Source: an uncultured Chitinophagaceae bacterium (GTDB taxonomy: Bacteria > Bacteroidota > Bacteroidia > Chitinophagales > Chitinophagaceae). From it: a stretch of 64,000 bases of DNA. The translations under genes were made by a program, and so were the position numbers. The notes beneath the pieces are model-generated. The model saw nothing but the letters and a program-made list of their open reading frames with translations, ran no database searches and was not told the DNA's origin. Position 1 is the first letter of the stretch; every line of letters starts with the position of its first letter. This document shows, piece by piece, positions 9,551 through 19,726 of the stretch. The DNA is taken from the NCBI GenBank assembly GCA_964544695.1, contig CAZJDB010000154.1, forward strand, positions 1,095 to 65,094. The letters run 5' to 3'.

Positions 9551-10798
9551 TCAGCCCAATAAAATCATAAACTCGGTCCTGCCGGGCGCCACGGTCTTTA
9601 AAGAAAAGTCAAAGCCATGCTGTCCGAGGATTTCCCGAATCAGGGTAAGTCCGATTCCCTGCCCGTCTTTTTTGGTCGAATAAAAGGGGGAGAACAATTG
9701 ATCGTGGGAATCGATCCCCTTCCCGGTATCGGTAATCACCAGTCTATTGGAAGCCGCGAACGTGGAAAAGGTAACGATCCCACCCAGATCGATGGCTTCC
9801 AGCGCATTCTTGACGATATTGATCAGGGCCTGCTCCATGAGCGGCTGGTCAGCGGAAATTATAAAGGGTGCAGGGGAAAGGAAAAAGCGGAAGTCAATGC
9901 CCCTTTCGGAAGCCGCGGGCCCCATGATGGTAGCGACATGATGCAGTAAGATATTTACGTCCATGGGACGCTTGTCCGGAGCGGGCAGCTTCACGAGGTC
10001 GGCGAAATTCCGGACGAAGTGGTTCAGGTTCTGGTTACGCTCGCGGGCCGCCCGGAGAGCCTCCGAAAGTACTGCAGGAAGGCCACCCGCAAGGTCCCGC
10101 GCATCGAGGGTGGATTGAATGATGCTGTTCACGGGCCCGATCGTATTGTTGACCTCGTGGGCCATCATGCGTATGACCTTTCCATACACATTCTTTTCGG
10201 CGGCCAGGATCTCGGCCGTCAGCTCTTCGATCATGATGAAGTGTCGAAGGAAGCCCCGGTCCATGAAATGCGCTTTTTGCACTTTAAACGTTTGAGGACC
10301 ACCGAGCTTGATGAGGCGGGATTCCCCGGAGGACAAAGAGAAAACAACATCCGGGATATTCCCCCCAAGAATAGCCGTCGCGCGCGGATTGATTTGCACG
10401 ACCTCGTTGTCGTAATTCAAAATGATGATCCCCGTGGGTGACGTCTGGATCAATTTTTCCAGGAAAAAATGCTGTTCCTCCTGCAAGGTCCTTTCGGTGC
10501 GGAGCTCATCGATCATCCGGTTGTATACCTCGATGAGCTTATCCATTTCATATTTTCCGGTAGTCCGGAATTTGACGGTGAAATCCTTGTCCTTGATGGC
10601 CTCGATCCCTTCCATGAGGAGGCGAAGGGGTCGCAGGATCTGCCGGTAGAGGGACCAGGAAAGCAAAAGGGAAACCAAAATCGCAACCTCGGCGCAAATA
10701 AACAGCAGGGGTTGCGTCCGCCAAATTAAAAAGGAAAGCACCAGGGCTGCCCCATGCACGATCGAAACGAACAGGATGAACTTAGTCCTCAGTTTCAT
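9551..10798 (-). CDS. Sensor histidine kinase (NtrY-like; TM, HAMP, PAS)
   Basis: RMMAHEVNN H-box, NIVKNALEA, DTGKGI, GQGIGLTL. Confidence 0.92.
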   Translation of the reverse strand: MKLRTKFILFVSIVHGAALVLSFLIWRTQPLLFICAEVAILVSLLLSWSLYRQILRPLRLLMEGIEAIKDKDFTVKFRTTGKYEMDKLIEVYNRMIDELRTERTLQEEQHFFLEKLIQTSPTGIIILNYDNEVVQINPRATAILGGNIPDVVFSLSSGESRLIKLGGPQTFKVQKAHFMDRGFLRHFIMIEELTAEILAAEKNVYGKVIRMMAHEVNNTIGPVNSIIQSTLDARDLAGGLPAVLSEALRAARERNQNLNHFVRNFADLVKLPAPDKRPMDVNILLHHVATIMGPAASERGIDFRFFLSPAPFIISADQPLMEQALINIVKNALEAIDLGGIVTFSTFAASNRLVITDTGKGIDSHDQLFSPFYSTKKDGQGIGLTLIREILGQHGFDFSLKTVAPGRTEFMILLG

Positions 10799-12140
10799 CG
10801 AAGGGGATTTGGTATTTTTCCAGGCGGCGGTATAGTGCGCTGCGCGTAATGCCCAAGGCCCTGGCTGCGGGGGCGATTTTATTTCGACTAAAAGCGAGGG
10901 CCCTTCTGATCATTTCGATCTCCATTTCTTCCAGGGTGGCAAAGCCGGTCGCAAGGCCAGCGGCATTAACCTCGACATGCGCCTGAAAATCGGGGACATC
11001 CAGGGTGTCATTGGAAGAGACGAGGATGGTCCGTTCCACCAGGTTTTTCAACTGGCGGATATTTCCGGGTAAGGGCAACTGTTGCAGCCACCTCATGGCC
11101 GATGGTGTGACGGAGAGGGCGGGGCGGTTGTAAATCTCGCGGAGGTTACCTAAAAAAAATTGCACTAATAAAGGTATGTCGCGCGGCCTTTCGCGCAAAG
11201 ACGGAAGGCGGATGGTAATGAGGTTGATCCGGTAAAGCAAATCTTCCCGGAAGGTGGAACGCTCCACCATCTCGGGCAGGTTCTTGTTGGTTGCGCAAAC
11301 GATCCTGACGTCCACGGTTTTGGACCGGCTGCTGCCCAACACTTCGTAGGTGCGGTCCTGAAGGACCCGAAGGAGCTTTACCTGGTTCACGGGGTCGAGG
11401 TCTCCTATTTCATCGAGGAAGATGGTGCCTTTGTGGGCCATCTCGAAGCGGCCCACGCGGTCAAAGCGCGCATCCGTGAAGGCGCCCCGGACGTGACCGA
11501 ACATCTCGCTTTCGAACAGCGTGGTCGATATGCCTCCCAGGTTTACCTTGATAAAAGGCCTGGCGTGGCGGGCGCTGTTTTGATGGATGGCTTCGGCGAT
11601 CAGTTCTTTTCCTGTCCCGCTTTCACCGATGATCAGCACGGAGGCCTCTGTGGAGGCCACGCGGCCAATGGTTTCCAGGATATGGAGCATTTTGGGATCT
11701 TCCCCAATGATGTGCTGGAAATGGAAATGGGCGTCCAGTTGTTTGCGCGTTCGTTGGGGCGGCCGCTCCGGGGTCTGGAGGTCCAATAGGGTCCTGACGG
11801 CCCCCAGGAGGTAATCGTTGTCCCAGGGTTTATTGATAAAATCACCCGCGCCCATTTTCATACCCCGGACGGCAAGTCCAATGCTGCCCCATCCGGTAAT
11901 CAGGATGACAGGGATGCCGGGGTGGTCCCACTTGATTTGTCCCAGGAGGGTCAGACCTTCTTCTCCACTCGTTCCGATGGAAAAATTCAGGTCCAGCAGG
12001 ATGAGATCCGGGACGGTGTGCGACAGGTACTCCAGCGCCTCGGCGGGCGTGGATGCTTCGGCGACCGCATACTTATGGGTGCGCAGGAGGAGCACCAGGG
12101 AAGCCCTGACCGCAATATCGTCGTCGATGATCAGTATCAT
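10782..12140 (-). CDS. Sigma54-dependent response regulator (REC-AAA+-Fis HTH)
   Basis: REC domain, GESGTGKE, GAFTDA, FLDEIG, C-terminal AARALGITRSALYRRL. Confidence 0.95.
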   Translation of the reverse strand: MILIIDDDIAVRASLVLLLRTHKYAVAEASTPAEALEYLSHTVPDLILLDLNFSIGTSGEEGLTLLGQIKWDHPGIPVILITGWGSIGLAVRGMKMGAGDFINKPWDNDYLLGAVRTLLDLQTPERPPQRTRKQLDAHFHFQHIIGEDPKMLHILETIGRVASTEASVLIIGESGTGKELIAEAIHQNSARHARPFIKVNLGGISTTLFESEMFGHVRGAFTDARFDRVGRFEMAHKGTIFLDEIGDLDPVNQVKLLRVLQDRTYEVLGSSRSKTVDVRIVCATNKNLPEMVERSTFREDLLYRINLITIRLPSLRERPRDIPLLVQFFLGNLREIYNRPALSVTPSAMRWLQQLPLPGNIRQLKNLVERTILVSSNDTLDVPDFQAHVEVNAAGLATGFATLEEMEIEMIRRALAFSRNKIAPAARALGITRSALYRRLEKYQIPFDETED

Positions 12141-12143
12141 GCA

Positions 12144-13328
12144 TCAATCTTCATGGAGTGCCTCCGCAGGAAAAATAGCCGCGGCTTGTCTGCCTGGGTA
12201 CAGGGAACAGATCGTAGCCAGGGCATAGATGAACAATATAGCAAAAAATAGGGCTTCGATATACACACGCGTGGGAAGATCGAAGACGTGGAGCAACGGG
12301 AACTGGATGGCAAAAAAAGTTCCCAGGATCAGGGCAAACGTCGCCAGGATCATCGTTTCCAACCAGAGTTGCCCCGTTACGGACCAGCCGCTGGCGCCCA
12401 CGGCCCGGCGAAGTCCGATCTCGCCTTTACGGCGGTTGATGTTGTACCAGAGTACGCCGAACAATCCAAAGGCCACGTTGAGCACCAGGAAGGCGGCAAT
12501 AATCCCGAATATGATCAGGGGAACCAGGGACGCGTTGTTTTTATTCGCTCGGTCGTTACTCATGTGACGGATGCCGATATTGGAATTCCGGATGGCGCCC
12601 GAGAGCAATTTGTAGATACGGCCTTCGGAAGCGGCATCCGCGTCGGGGCTGACCTTGACCAGCATCGTTCCCATCCAGCGGAAACCATCTGTGTCAATGG
12701 GGACGTACATGGAGGGCGTGGAGGGATGGTAGTCCCCCTCGACCTTGACGTCCGCTATGACCCCAATGATCCTTTGTGGGTGGGGATCCTGTTTATTTCC
12801 CACCAGGCGTCCGACCACCGGGACGTGTCCAAAGGCAGCATCGCGCAGGGACTCGTTGATGACGATGGGGGGATGGGCATCGGCGAGATCCTGCCTGGAA
12901 AACCATCGCCCTTCCAGGAGGTGCAACCCCAGGACCTTAGGGTAATATTCGTCCGAGGTATAGTAATAGACACGATCGACCGCCTCCTTCCCCGAGCCAA
13001 AGCTGGTAATACTCATACCGGTTCCAAAAGGTGTATTGTTGCTGGCGTAGCTGGCTTCCATGACTTGGGGCTCGCTGGTGACCGCCTTCCGGACATTTTC
13101 GTAGAACAGGGCCAGGGAGTCGTTACGGTTCGTTTGGTTAGGATTATTGTAATTCACGATCCAGACGTCCTGGTCATCGAGGTCCATGGGCAGGCGGTAG
13201 TTCCGGTAGTAATAAGCTGCTATGGAGGCAAGGGCGAATATCACCAGGAAGGAAAAGAATATCTCGATCACCAATAGGAGGTTCTGCTTCTTCTTGTTCC
13301 ACATGAGCTTGAATAAATGTTTGAGCAT
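12144..13328 (-). CDS. ABC transporter permease (MacB/FtsX family)
   Basis: RRKGEIGLRRAVGA motif; 4-TM layout; ends PAEALHED. Confidence 0.92.
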   Translation of the reverse strand: MLKHLFKLMWNKKKQNLLLVIEIFFSFLVIFALASIAAYYYRNYRLPMDLDDQDVWIVNYNNPNQTNRNDSLALFYENVRKAVTSEPQVMEASYASNNTPFGTGMSITSFGSGKEAVDRVYYYTSDEYYPKVLGLHLLEGRWFSRQDLADAHPPIVINESLRDAAFGHVPVVGRLVGNKQDPHPQRIIGVIADVKVEGDYHPSTPSMYVPIDTDGFRWMGTMLVKVSPDADAASEGRIYKLLSGAIRNSNIGIRHMSNDRANKNNASLVPLIIFGIIAAFLVLNVAFGLFGVLWYNINRRKGEIGLRRAVGASGWSVTGQLWLETMILATFALILGTFFAIQFPLLHVFDLPTRVYIEALFFAILFIYALATICSLYPGRQAAAIFPAEALHED

Positions 13329-13339
13329 GAGGGGTGGTT

Positions 13340-14608
13340 TTAGGCCTTAAGGGCGGTGACGATGGGCAATCGGGACATGCGCCAGGCAGGGTAAACCCCC
13401 GAGAGGAGGCCGAAGAACAGGGCATAGCCCAGCCCGTAGGCCAGCACCCGCGGTTGCAGGGAGAGGTACATATTGGAGATCGGCTGGGCCCGGTTAATGA
13501 GGGCAATGGCGCCCAGGGAAAGCGCTACCGCGATAAGCGCTCCCAGGAGCGTCAAAAAAATATTTTCAATGATGAACTGGATGACCAGGGTGCGCGAAGA
13601 AGCCCCGAAAGATTTCCGGACCCCGATTTCCGAAGAACGCTCCATGATGCGCGTGATGTTGATATTGATCAGGTTCAGGGTGGGGATGAGCATGAACAAC
13701 AGGACCAGCAATGTAAGAGACAGGTAGAACCAGCCCAACCCATCGGAACCGCGTTCGAGATTGGCAAAGAAGTCCTTGGTTCCCAGGCCGCCGAACGCAT
13801 TGCGCGAATAGGAGGCGATGTAAGAGTCAGCCCAGGAGATTTGATGGTCGTAGTCTTTATCCATCAAAGGGACCTTGGCAAACATATCGTTGAACTCCCG
13901 GCGCATTCGGGGGACGTCCGAACTGGCGGGCGCCAGCAGGAAACCTGTATAGTCCCCGGCCAGGTCCCTGGAATCCAGGCTTACCTTGGACAGGGAATAG
14001 GGGAGATAAATGTCTGCCGCGGTCAAATTATTGGCGACCTGTTCGTCACGAACGACCCCCACCACACGATAGGTGACGTTGTCTGCTACTATGTATTTGC
14101 CCAGGGCGCTGGCTCCCCTCCCGAAATAGTCATCCCGCGTCTTTGCGCCGATGACGACGACCCGGTCCCCATGATCGATTTGCGCCTGGCTGTACGGTTT
14201 ACCCTCCAGGAAGTCGTACCTCAGGATGTCCCAAAAATGCGCGTCTGTCTGGCGCATTTCCAGGGAAAACTTCTTGTCTCCCAGGTAGGTATTGGTTAGG
14301 TGGGAATTGCTGGCGAAACCGATGGCCTCCGGGACCTTGAGGGTGTTCAGGTAATGCGTGATGAAATAATAACCCAGGTTGCCCCCGTTGATGGAACCGT
14401 GCGTCCGGCTCCATTTGAAAAAGCGGGTCACATACAAAATGCGGTCCCTTTGCGTATCGGGATAATGTGCGTTGGCGACCTGGTCTAAGAAGGCGGTGGC
14501 CACCAGCAGGACGGTCAGGGTAATGCTGATGCCGAAGAGGCTGATGAAGGTGAAGAATTTACGCCTGCCGAGTACCGCGAGGGCTATTTTGAAATAATTC
14601 TTTAGCAT
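13340..14608 (-). CDS. ABC transporter permease (MacB/FtsX family)
   Basis: MLKNYFKIA start; ERSSEIGVRKSFGAS; GVYPAWRMSRL. Confidence 0.92.
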   Translation of the reverse strand: MLKNYFKIALAVLGRRKFFTFISLFGISITLTVLLVATAFLDQVANAHYPDTQRDRILYVTRFFKWSRTHGSINGGNLGYYFITHYLNTLKVPEAIGFASNSHLTNTYLGDKKFSLEMRQTDAHFWDILRYDFLEGKPYSQAQIDHGDRVVVIGAKTRDDYFGRGASALGKYIVADNVTYRVVGVVRDEQVANNLTAADIYLPYSLSKVSLDSRDLAGDYTGFLLAPASSDVPRMRREFNDMFAKVPLMDKDYDHQISWADSYIASYSRNAFGGLGTKDFFANLERGSDGLGWFYLSLTLLVLLFMLIPTLNLININITRIMERSSEIGVRKSFGASSRTLVIQFIIENIFLTLLGALIAVALSLGAIALINRAQPISNMYLSLQPRVLAYGLGYALFFGLLSGVYPAWRMSRLPIVTALKA

Positions 14609-14620
14609 ATTTGAAAGATT

Positions 14621-15286
14621 TTATTGCACCTGGGATCCATCGAACAACCTGACCAGGCGATGCGTGCGCCGGGCCATCGATTCATCGTGGGTGACCATGA
14701 TGATCGTCGTGCCTTCGGTCTTGTTGAGGTGGGTGAGGATATCCATGATCTCGCCTCCCATGAAAGAGTCCAGGTTCCCCGTGGGCTCGTCCGCCAGGAT
14801 GATTTCGGGATTGCCTACGATGGCCCTGGCAATGGCCACGCGCTGCTTTTGCCCACCGGAAAGTTGCGTCGGGAAGTGACGCACGCGGTTGGCCAGTCCT
14901 ACCTTCTCCAGGGCCTCGGTAGCCAGGCGCTTGCGTTCGCGGGCGCTCATAGTGCGGTACAACAGGGGCAGCTCGGCGTTGTCCAGGACCTTCAGCTCTC
15001 CGATGAGGTGGTAGCTTTGAAAGATGAAGCCGATGGATTTGTTGCGGAAGTGGGCCAGGTCCTTGTCGGACATGCGGGCCGTAGACTGTCCGTCGATGCG
15101 GACCTCTCCCCGCGAGGGGCCGTCCAGGAGACCCATGATGTTCAACAGGGTGCTTTTACCACACCCCGAAGGGCCCATGACGGAGAGGAATTCCCCTTTT
15201 GCAACGTCCAGGTTGATGTTTTTCAGGGCCAGGGTTTCCACCGTATCGGTGCGGTATACTTTTTCTATGTTCTGTAAGTGCAGCAT
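14621..15286 (-). CDS. ABC transporter ATP-binding protein (LolD/MacB type)
   Basis: GPSGCGKST, LSGGQKQRVAIARA, ILADEPTGNLD, VTHD. Confidence 0.96.
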   Translation of the reverse strand: MLHLQNIEKVYRTDTVETLALKNINLDVAKGEFLSVMGPSGCGKSTLLNIMGLLDGPSRGEVRIDGQSTARMSDKDLAHFRNKSIGFIFQSYHLIGELKVLDNAELPLLYRTMSARERKRLATEALEKVGLANRVRHFPTQLSGGQKQRVAIARAIVGNPEIILADEPTGNLDSFMGGEIMDILTHLNKTEGTTIIMVTHDESMARRTHRLVRLFDGSQVQ

Positions 15287-15292
15287 ACGCGT

Positions 15293-16732
15293 TTATTTAT
15301 ACGTGATTTTTTCATTTCTTTCAAAATCGAACAGGGACAGGTAGCGGAGCTGGTAGTACGCTCCCCAGAAATCCCTGAGCGCCCCAATATAGTCCCTTTG
15401 GGCCTGATCGTTTTCCGTGAAGGCCACGCTCAGGTCGGTGATGCTGAGGTCTCCCAGGACATAGCGTTGGCGGGCGATTTCGTATTTCGCCCCGGCAATG
15501 CTGTCCGCCTGGGCGGTCAAACTCACCTGGTCTTTCATGACGTTGAAGAGGGTCACCTGGGTAACGATCTGTTGCTTGAACGTCTGTTTGTCCTGCTCCA
15601 CGGTATATTCCACCAGTTGCTCGTTGGCTTCCGCCGTCCGGACCCTGGCTTTGGACCGGCCCCAGTCGAGGATAGGCACATTGAATTGGAGGGTGAGGAG
15701 TTGCTGGTCCTGGGGCGATCTATACAGATCAGGAATATTGGGACCTGTATTGGAATACCCCAGGTTGGCGGTCAAAGTTGCCGTCACGCCGTTCTCCCCC
15801 CGGGCCAGTGCGACATCCCTGCGGGCTTCGTTGACGCGGCGCACGAAAGCGATGGCATCCGAACGGTTGGCGTAGGCCTCCTGAAGGACCTTGTCCGCGT
15901 CGATACTTACCTGGGTGATCAGGTCGGGAACCTGGAGTTGAAAAGCCGCTACCGCCTCTTCGCCGGTGTACGTGCGTAAGTTTAGGGTGGCGATTTCCCT
16001 GTCGCGCCGTGCCGTGCCTATGGCTTTTTCCGCGTTGAGCTCTTCAAGCTGCAACTGGAGGATTTCGTTTTTGGAGACCTTCCCCAGGTCGAACTTGAGG
16101 CGCGCCACCTTCAGGATCTTTTCCGTATTGTCCAGGTTGGTTTCGGCGATGTGCAGGTTGGCCTGAGCCAGGAGCAGGTCGAAGAAATATCCCTCGGCCG
16201 TGATGGCGATCTTTTCCTGGGCTTCGATATAGGCTTGCTTGCTTTCATCGTATTTCAGCGGTTGGATGCGTTTATCCCATTTCAATTGATTGTATTGGAA
16301 AAGGGGTTGACTGTACCCGATGGCATAGGGCACGCCGTTATACGAGACGTCCTTACTATGGAAATCTTCGTAACGCTGTATCGAGGTCGTGCCGTAAATG
16401 GACCCTCCCGTCGCAGCGATGCTTTGACTGAAGTTCATGGTTACGGAAGAATTGTCATTATAAATGGACTGGAAAACGTAGGTGCCGTTGGGTTGCTCCA
16501 CCGGGGTAGTGGTTTTGCTGTAGGCGGGCAGATATCCTACCATGGACAACTGGGGCTGGTAGTTGGACCGGTAAGTCCGGTATTGCCAATACTTAGTCTT
16601 CCGGACCGTGACGGCCTGCTTGGCATCGATGGAATTGTGTTTCGCCAGCTCCACCGTTTGTTGCAGTGTCAGTCGAAGCGTATCCTGGGCCTGAAGGCGT
16701 GTAGCGACGAAAAGTAAGATCAAGAGTCTCAT
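15293..16732 (-). CDS. TolC family outer-membrane efflux protein
   Basis: Signal peptide, helical repeats, operon context with adaptor and ABC genes. Confidence 0.9.
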   Translation of the reverse strand: MRLLILLFVATRLQAQDTLRLTLQQTVELAKHNSIDAKQAVTVRKTKYWQYRTYRSNYQPQLSMVGYLPAYSKTTTPVEQPNGTYVFQSIYNDNSSVTMNFSQSIAATGGSIYGTTSIQRYEDFHSKDVSYNGVPYAIGYSQPLFQYNQLKWDKRIQPLKYDESKQAYIEAQEKIAITAEGYFFDLLLAQANLHIAETNLDNTEKILKVARLKFDLGKVSKNEILQLQLEELNAEKAIGTARRDREIATLNLRTYTGEEAVAAFQLQVPDLITQVSIDADKVLQEAYANRSDAIAFVRRVNEARRDVALARGENGVTATLTANLGYSNTGPNIPDLYRSPQDQQLLTLQFNVPILDWGRSKARVRTAEANEQLVEYTVEQDKQTFKQQIVTQVTLFNVMKDQVSLTAQADSIAGAKYEIARQRYVLGDLSITDLSVAFTENDQAQRDYIGALRDFWGAYYQLRYLSLFDFERNEKITYK

Positions 16733-17976
16733 GGCTTGATCATTATTTTGGGTGTCGTCTTATAGTCGCTCATATCCGAAGTAATGACGGTATCTCCATG
16801 GCTCAGACCCCGGGTGACTTCCACGAAATCGAAGTTGGTCAACCCGATGTCGACAGCCCTGCGCCGGGCCACACCGTCGCGAAGCACGAATATATCCTGG
16901 GTCTTGCTTCCTTTGAAGGCCGGCCCGTTTGCAATCCGTACGACCTGGTTGTGAATGGCGGTCACCAGGAAAACATCCACCTTCAGGTTGGACCGGAGCT
17001 GCCCGTTGCTGGGCTGATCCAAACGGATGTCAAAGGTCACGAGCCCCCCTGAAACCTCCGGGTGGACGTTGACCACGCGGCCCCTCAGAAGGGTATCGTT
17101 GATCCGGATGATGGCGCCCATCCCTCCCCTGAGCTGGTCAAGGTAATTATCGCTCAGCGTGCCGCTGACCTTGAAACTGCTCAGGTCTGCGATTCGCGCC
17201 AGGGTTTGACCTTCGTGAATGGATTCGCCGATGTTCTTGTCCAGGTAAGTGATGACTCCCGCCCTGGTTGCGGTGGCCTCAGCCAGACGCAGCTTCCGCT
17301 CAAATGCCCGGAGGTCGCTTTCCAGCACATCAGCAGCCAGCTCCGCCTCCTGGATATCCAGTTTCATGGTCTGCTGCTTGTTGGTGATCTGGTTTTCCAA
17401 CTGTTTCTTTTCCTCCTGGGCTACCTTCAGGTTGAGCTCTGCATCTTCGATGGATTCCCGGGTGCCCCCACCCGCTTCAAACAGGCGCTTGGCGCTTTCC
17501 ACCGCGTCCTGGAGGTTCCCGATGTGGAGCTGCTTGATGGCGTTGTTGGATTGGATATCCGAATAACTTTCGGACAGGTCCAGCTTCAGCTTATCTATGT
17601 CCCCCCTTTTGGAGGCCAGCTGAAACTTCATTTTTTCCCAATCGGTTTGGGTCTTGGACTTGTCCAGGGTCAGGAGCGATTCTCCGGGGCGGACCCTGGC
17701 TCCTTCATTGGCCAGCACCTTTTGAATGGAGCCGTCGATAGAGCTGGTGATGGTTTCTTCAAACTCGGGCAGGATCTCCCCCGAAGCACTGATGGTATTT
17801 TCAATATCACCGACTTGTGCGACGGCTGTGGTGATTTCGGAGCGATGCAGGCTGGGGGTGAGGAAGCTCCACGTCGTCCAGGCGGCGCCCCCCAAAAGGA
17901 GGAGAGCCAGGAGGCCCAGCAGGATGCGTCCGTTTCGTTTGCGGTGCTGAAGGCGGATGGGAATTTCGGTATCCAT
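16729..17976 (-). CDS. Efflux periplasmic adaptor (membrane fusion protein)
   Basis: N-terminal TM, lipoyl-like/coiled-coil layout, VEVTRGLSHGDTVITSDM; start taken at MDTEIP. Confidence 0.9.
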   Translation of the reverse strand: MDTEIPIRLQHRKRNGRILLGLLALLLLGGAAWTTWSFLTPSLHRSEITTAVAQVGDIENTISASGEILPEFEETITSSIDGSIQKVLANEGARVRPGESLLTLDKSKTQTDWEKMKFQLASKRGDIDKLKLDLSESYSDIQSNNAIKQLHIGNLQDAVESAKRLFEAGGGTRESIEDAELNLKVAQEEKKQLENQITNKQQTMKLDIQEAELAADVLESDLRAFERKLRLAEATATRAGVITYLDKNIGESIHEGQTLARIADLSSFKVSGTLSDNYLDQLRGGMGAIIRINDTLLRGRVVNVHPEVSGGLVTFDIRLDQPSNGQLRSNLKVDVFLVTAIHNQVVRIANGPAFKGSKTQDIFVLRDGVARRRAVDIGLTNFDFVEVTRGLSHGDTVITSDMSDYKTTPKIMIKP

Positions 17977-17989
17977 TGCCGTCAAACGT

Positions 17990-18005
17990 TGCAAGGGAGG
18001 TGCCA
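17990..18005 (-). promoter_or_regulatory. Sigma54 -24/-12 promoter of the efflux operon
   Basis: Minus strand TGGCACCTCCCTTGCA with exact GG-N10-GC spacing; the operon encodes a sigma54 activator. Confidence 0.8.
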
Positions 18006-18088
18006 CAGCCAAACGGCTGAATTATAAACTTTTACGCAAAAATGGTTTCGAAAAAGTGCTCGATTCCGGACAGATTTTCCGGAAACGC

Positions 18089-19129
18089 TCAGGGCGTTAT
18101 TGCGTCCTTCACCTTTTGCGGAATCGCATTGATCTTCCGCCGGGTCCGCGCGTTCAACCCAAACCGCCGTGCAACGGTCAACCGATAAAGTCCCGTCTTC
18201 ACCTGATAAGCCGAGGCTGCGTTTGCTCCCGTAAAGAAAGCCTGACTATTCACCCAGGAGACGTTCACGTTCCAAAGGGAACCATTGTATCCTACTGCAG
18301 CGCGGTATGCCACATTGGGCGTAAACCCGAAACGGTCGTACTGCCCGACCCCGTATTCCCGGGTGTACCCCAGGGCGCCCGCCAGGGTGGCTCCTCCCGT
18401 GAGGAAGTAATGCCGGTTCCAAACCAGGGTATAGGCATACCCGACGCCCGGGCCCGTTTTGAAGAAGTGCGCGGCGTGGATGAAACGGCCGGATGAATCA
18501 GCGGCGATCAGCGAAGGCGCCAGGGCGCTGTCCGCGCCGAGCGCCCCATAATACACCTCGAATCCAAGCAGGGGTGACCCGGCGGAATGGGTCTGCCATT
18601 CGTCTTCGACCAGGGAGGCCCGGTAGGAGAAGCGCCGGTAATTGAAGACATAATAGGCCGAGGCGCCCACGAAGCTGACGTGCAAATCGGGACGGGTATA
18701 ATCCAGGTCGGGCTTTCCGGAAAAAGCGGAGTTCGGCAGATAGTAGCCGTGGTAGAACTGCCCGAAAAGGTCCACCGAAACCTTTCGGAAATATAAATGG
18801 GACTGGAGGTCCAGAGAATGCGTTTTCCCATTGTCGGAAGGGGTGAAGAAGCCCAGGCCCGCAGCCACGTTAAGGGTCAGGACGCGGTAGGTGACGCCGA
18901 TCCCGATATTCGGCGGGGTATTGGGGCGGTATTTGAGCGTCCCCCCGGGCTCGGCGATCGATAGGCTGGTGTACTTCCGCGACAGAAATACCCTACCCGT
19001 AACCTTCCGGACATAAGAGCGATAGTACGCCGAATCGAAGGGCGCCGAATGAGGCAGGGGCAGGTGGGATGAATCTTGCTGAACCTGGGCCTGGCTCACC
19101 AGACACACGATGCCCAAAATCAAATTCAT
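18089..19129 (-). CDS. DUF4421-like Bacteroidota outer-membrane protein
   Basis: YRPNTPPNIGIGVTY, DLFGQFYHGYY and FNYRRFSYRA..Q..SAGS motifs as recalled for the family. Confidence 0.7.
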   Translation of the reverse strand: MNLILGIVCLVSQAQVQQDSSHLPLPHSAPFDSAYYRSYVRKVTGRVFLSRKYTSLSIAEPGGTLKYRPNTPPNIGIGVTYRVLTLNVAAGLGFFTPSDNGKTHSLDLQSHLYFRKVSVDLFGQFYHGYYLPNSAFSGKPDLDYTRPDLHVSFVGASAYYVFNYRRFSYRASLVEDEWQTHSAGSPLLGFEVYYGALGADSALAPSLIAADSSGRFIHAAHFFKTGPGVGYAYTLVWNRHYFLTGGATLAGALGYTREYGVGQYDRFGFTPNVAYRAAVGYNGSLWNVNVSWVNSQAFFTGANAASAYQVKTGLYRLTVARRFGLNARTRRKINAIPQKVKDAITP

Positions 19130-19148
19130 AAGGTTGTAGCGGCAATAG

Positions 19149-19715
19149 TCAGGCCGGACTTCCTGACTTCAGGAGATCATGCGCATGCCGCCTCCGGATG
19201 CGAATGTACGCCCCCAGGAGCCAGATTCCAGCCACGACAGAGTAAACGCCTACGATCCAAATGAAAGTCCAGGCGCTGGCGATGGGGAAAACAAAGAACA
19301 ATATGCCCATCAATATGCTCAGTATGCCCCCGATAATGTACCAACCTTCTCCTTTCAGCTTTTTCCCCAGGCGGATCGACACGATGATTTCGAGGATACC
19401 GATGAAGAGGAGCCAGCCTCCCACATACCACACCAGGACCAGGCCCGTGACAAAGGGGGCCCAAAGGGTCACGGCGCCCAGGAAGATGCTGAGGATACCC
19501 CGGATGAGCTGGTACCACCAATCGTTGTCATGCTTCACATGACCGAAGGAGGCGGCTACGTGGAGGATCCCGTCGGCAAACAGAAAGGCGCCGAAAATGA
19601 TCAGCAGGATGCTTAGCGTAATACCCGGCCATAGCAGGGCCAGCAAACCGAATATGATGGCGGAGATGCCCCTCCAAAGAAGGAGATTGGCGAAACGAGG
19701 TGCGAAAGGTTGCAT
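19149..19715 (-). CDS. HdeD/DUF308 family membrane protein
   Basis: Repeated LLWRGISAIIFGLLALLWPG-type units; about 6 TM helices. Confidence 0.85.
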   Translation of the reverse strand: MQPFAPRFANLLLWRGISAIIFGLLALLWPGITLSILLIIFGAFLFADGILHVAASFGHVKHDNDWWYQLIRGILSIFLGAVTLWAPFVTGLVLVWYVGGWLLFIGILEIIVSIRLGKKLKGEGWYIIGGILSILMGILFFVFPIASAWTFIWIVGVYSVVAGIWLLGAYIRIRRRHAHDLLKSGSPA

Positions 19716-19726
19716 AGCTATAAAGT

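Noticed and set aside
12288..18027. Long plus-strand ORFs (329, 321, 217, 233, 321 aa) opposite the efflux operon
   Set aside because: Antisense shadow frames typical of GC-rich coding DNA; no motifs; fully overlap confident genes
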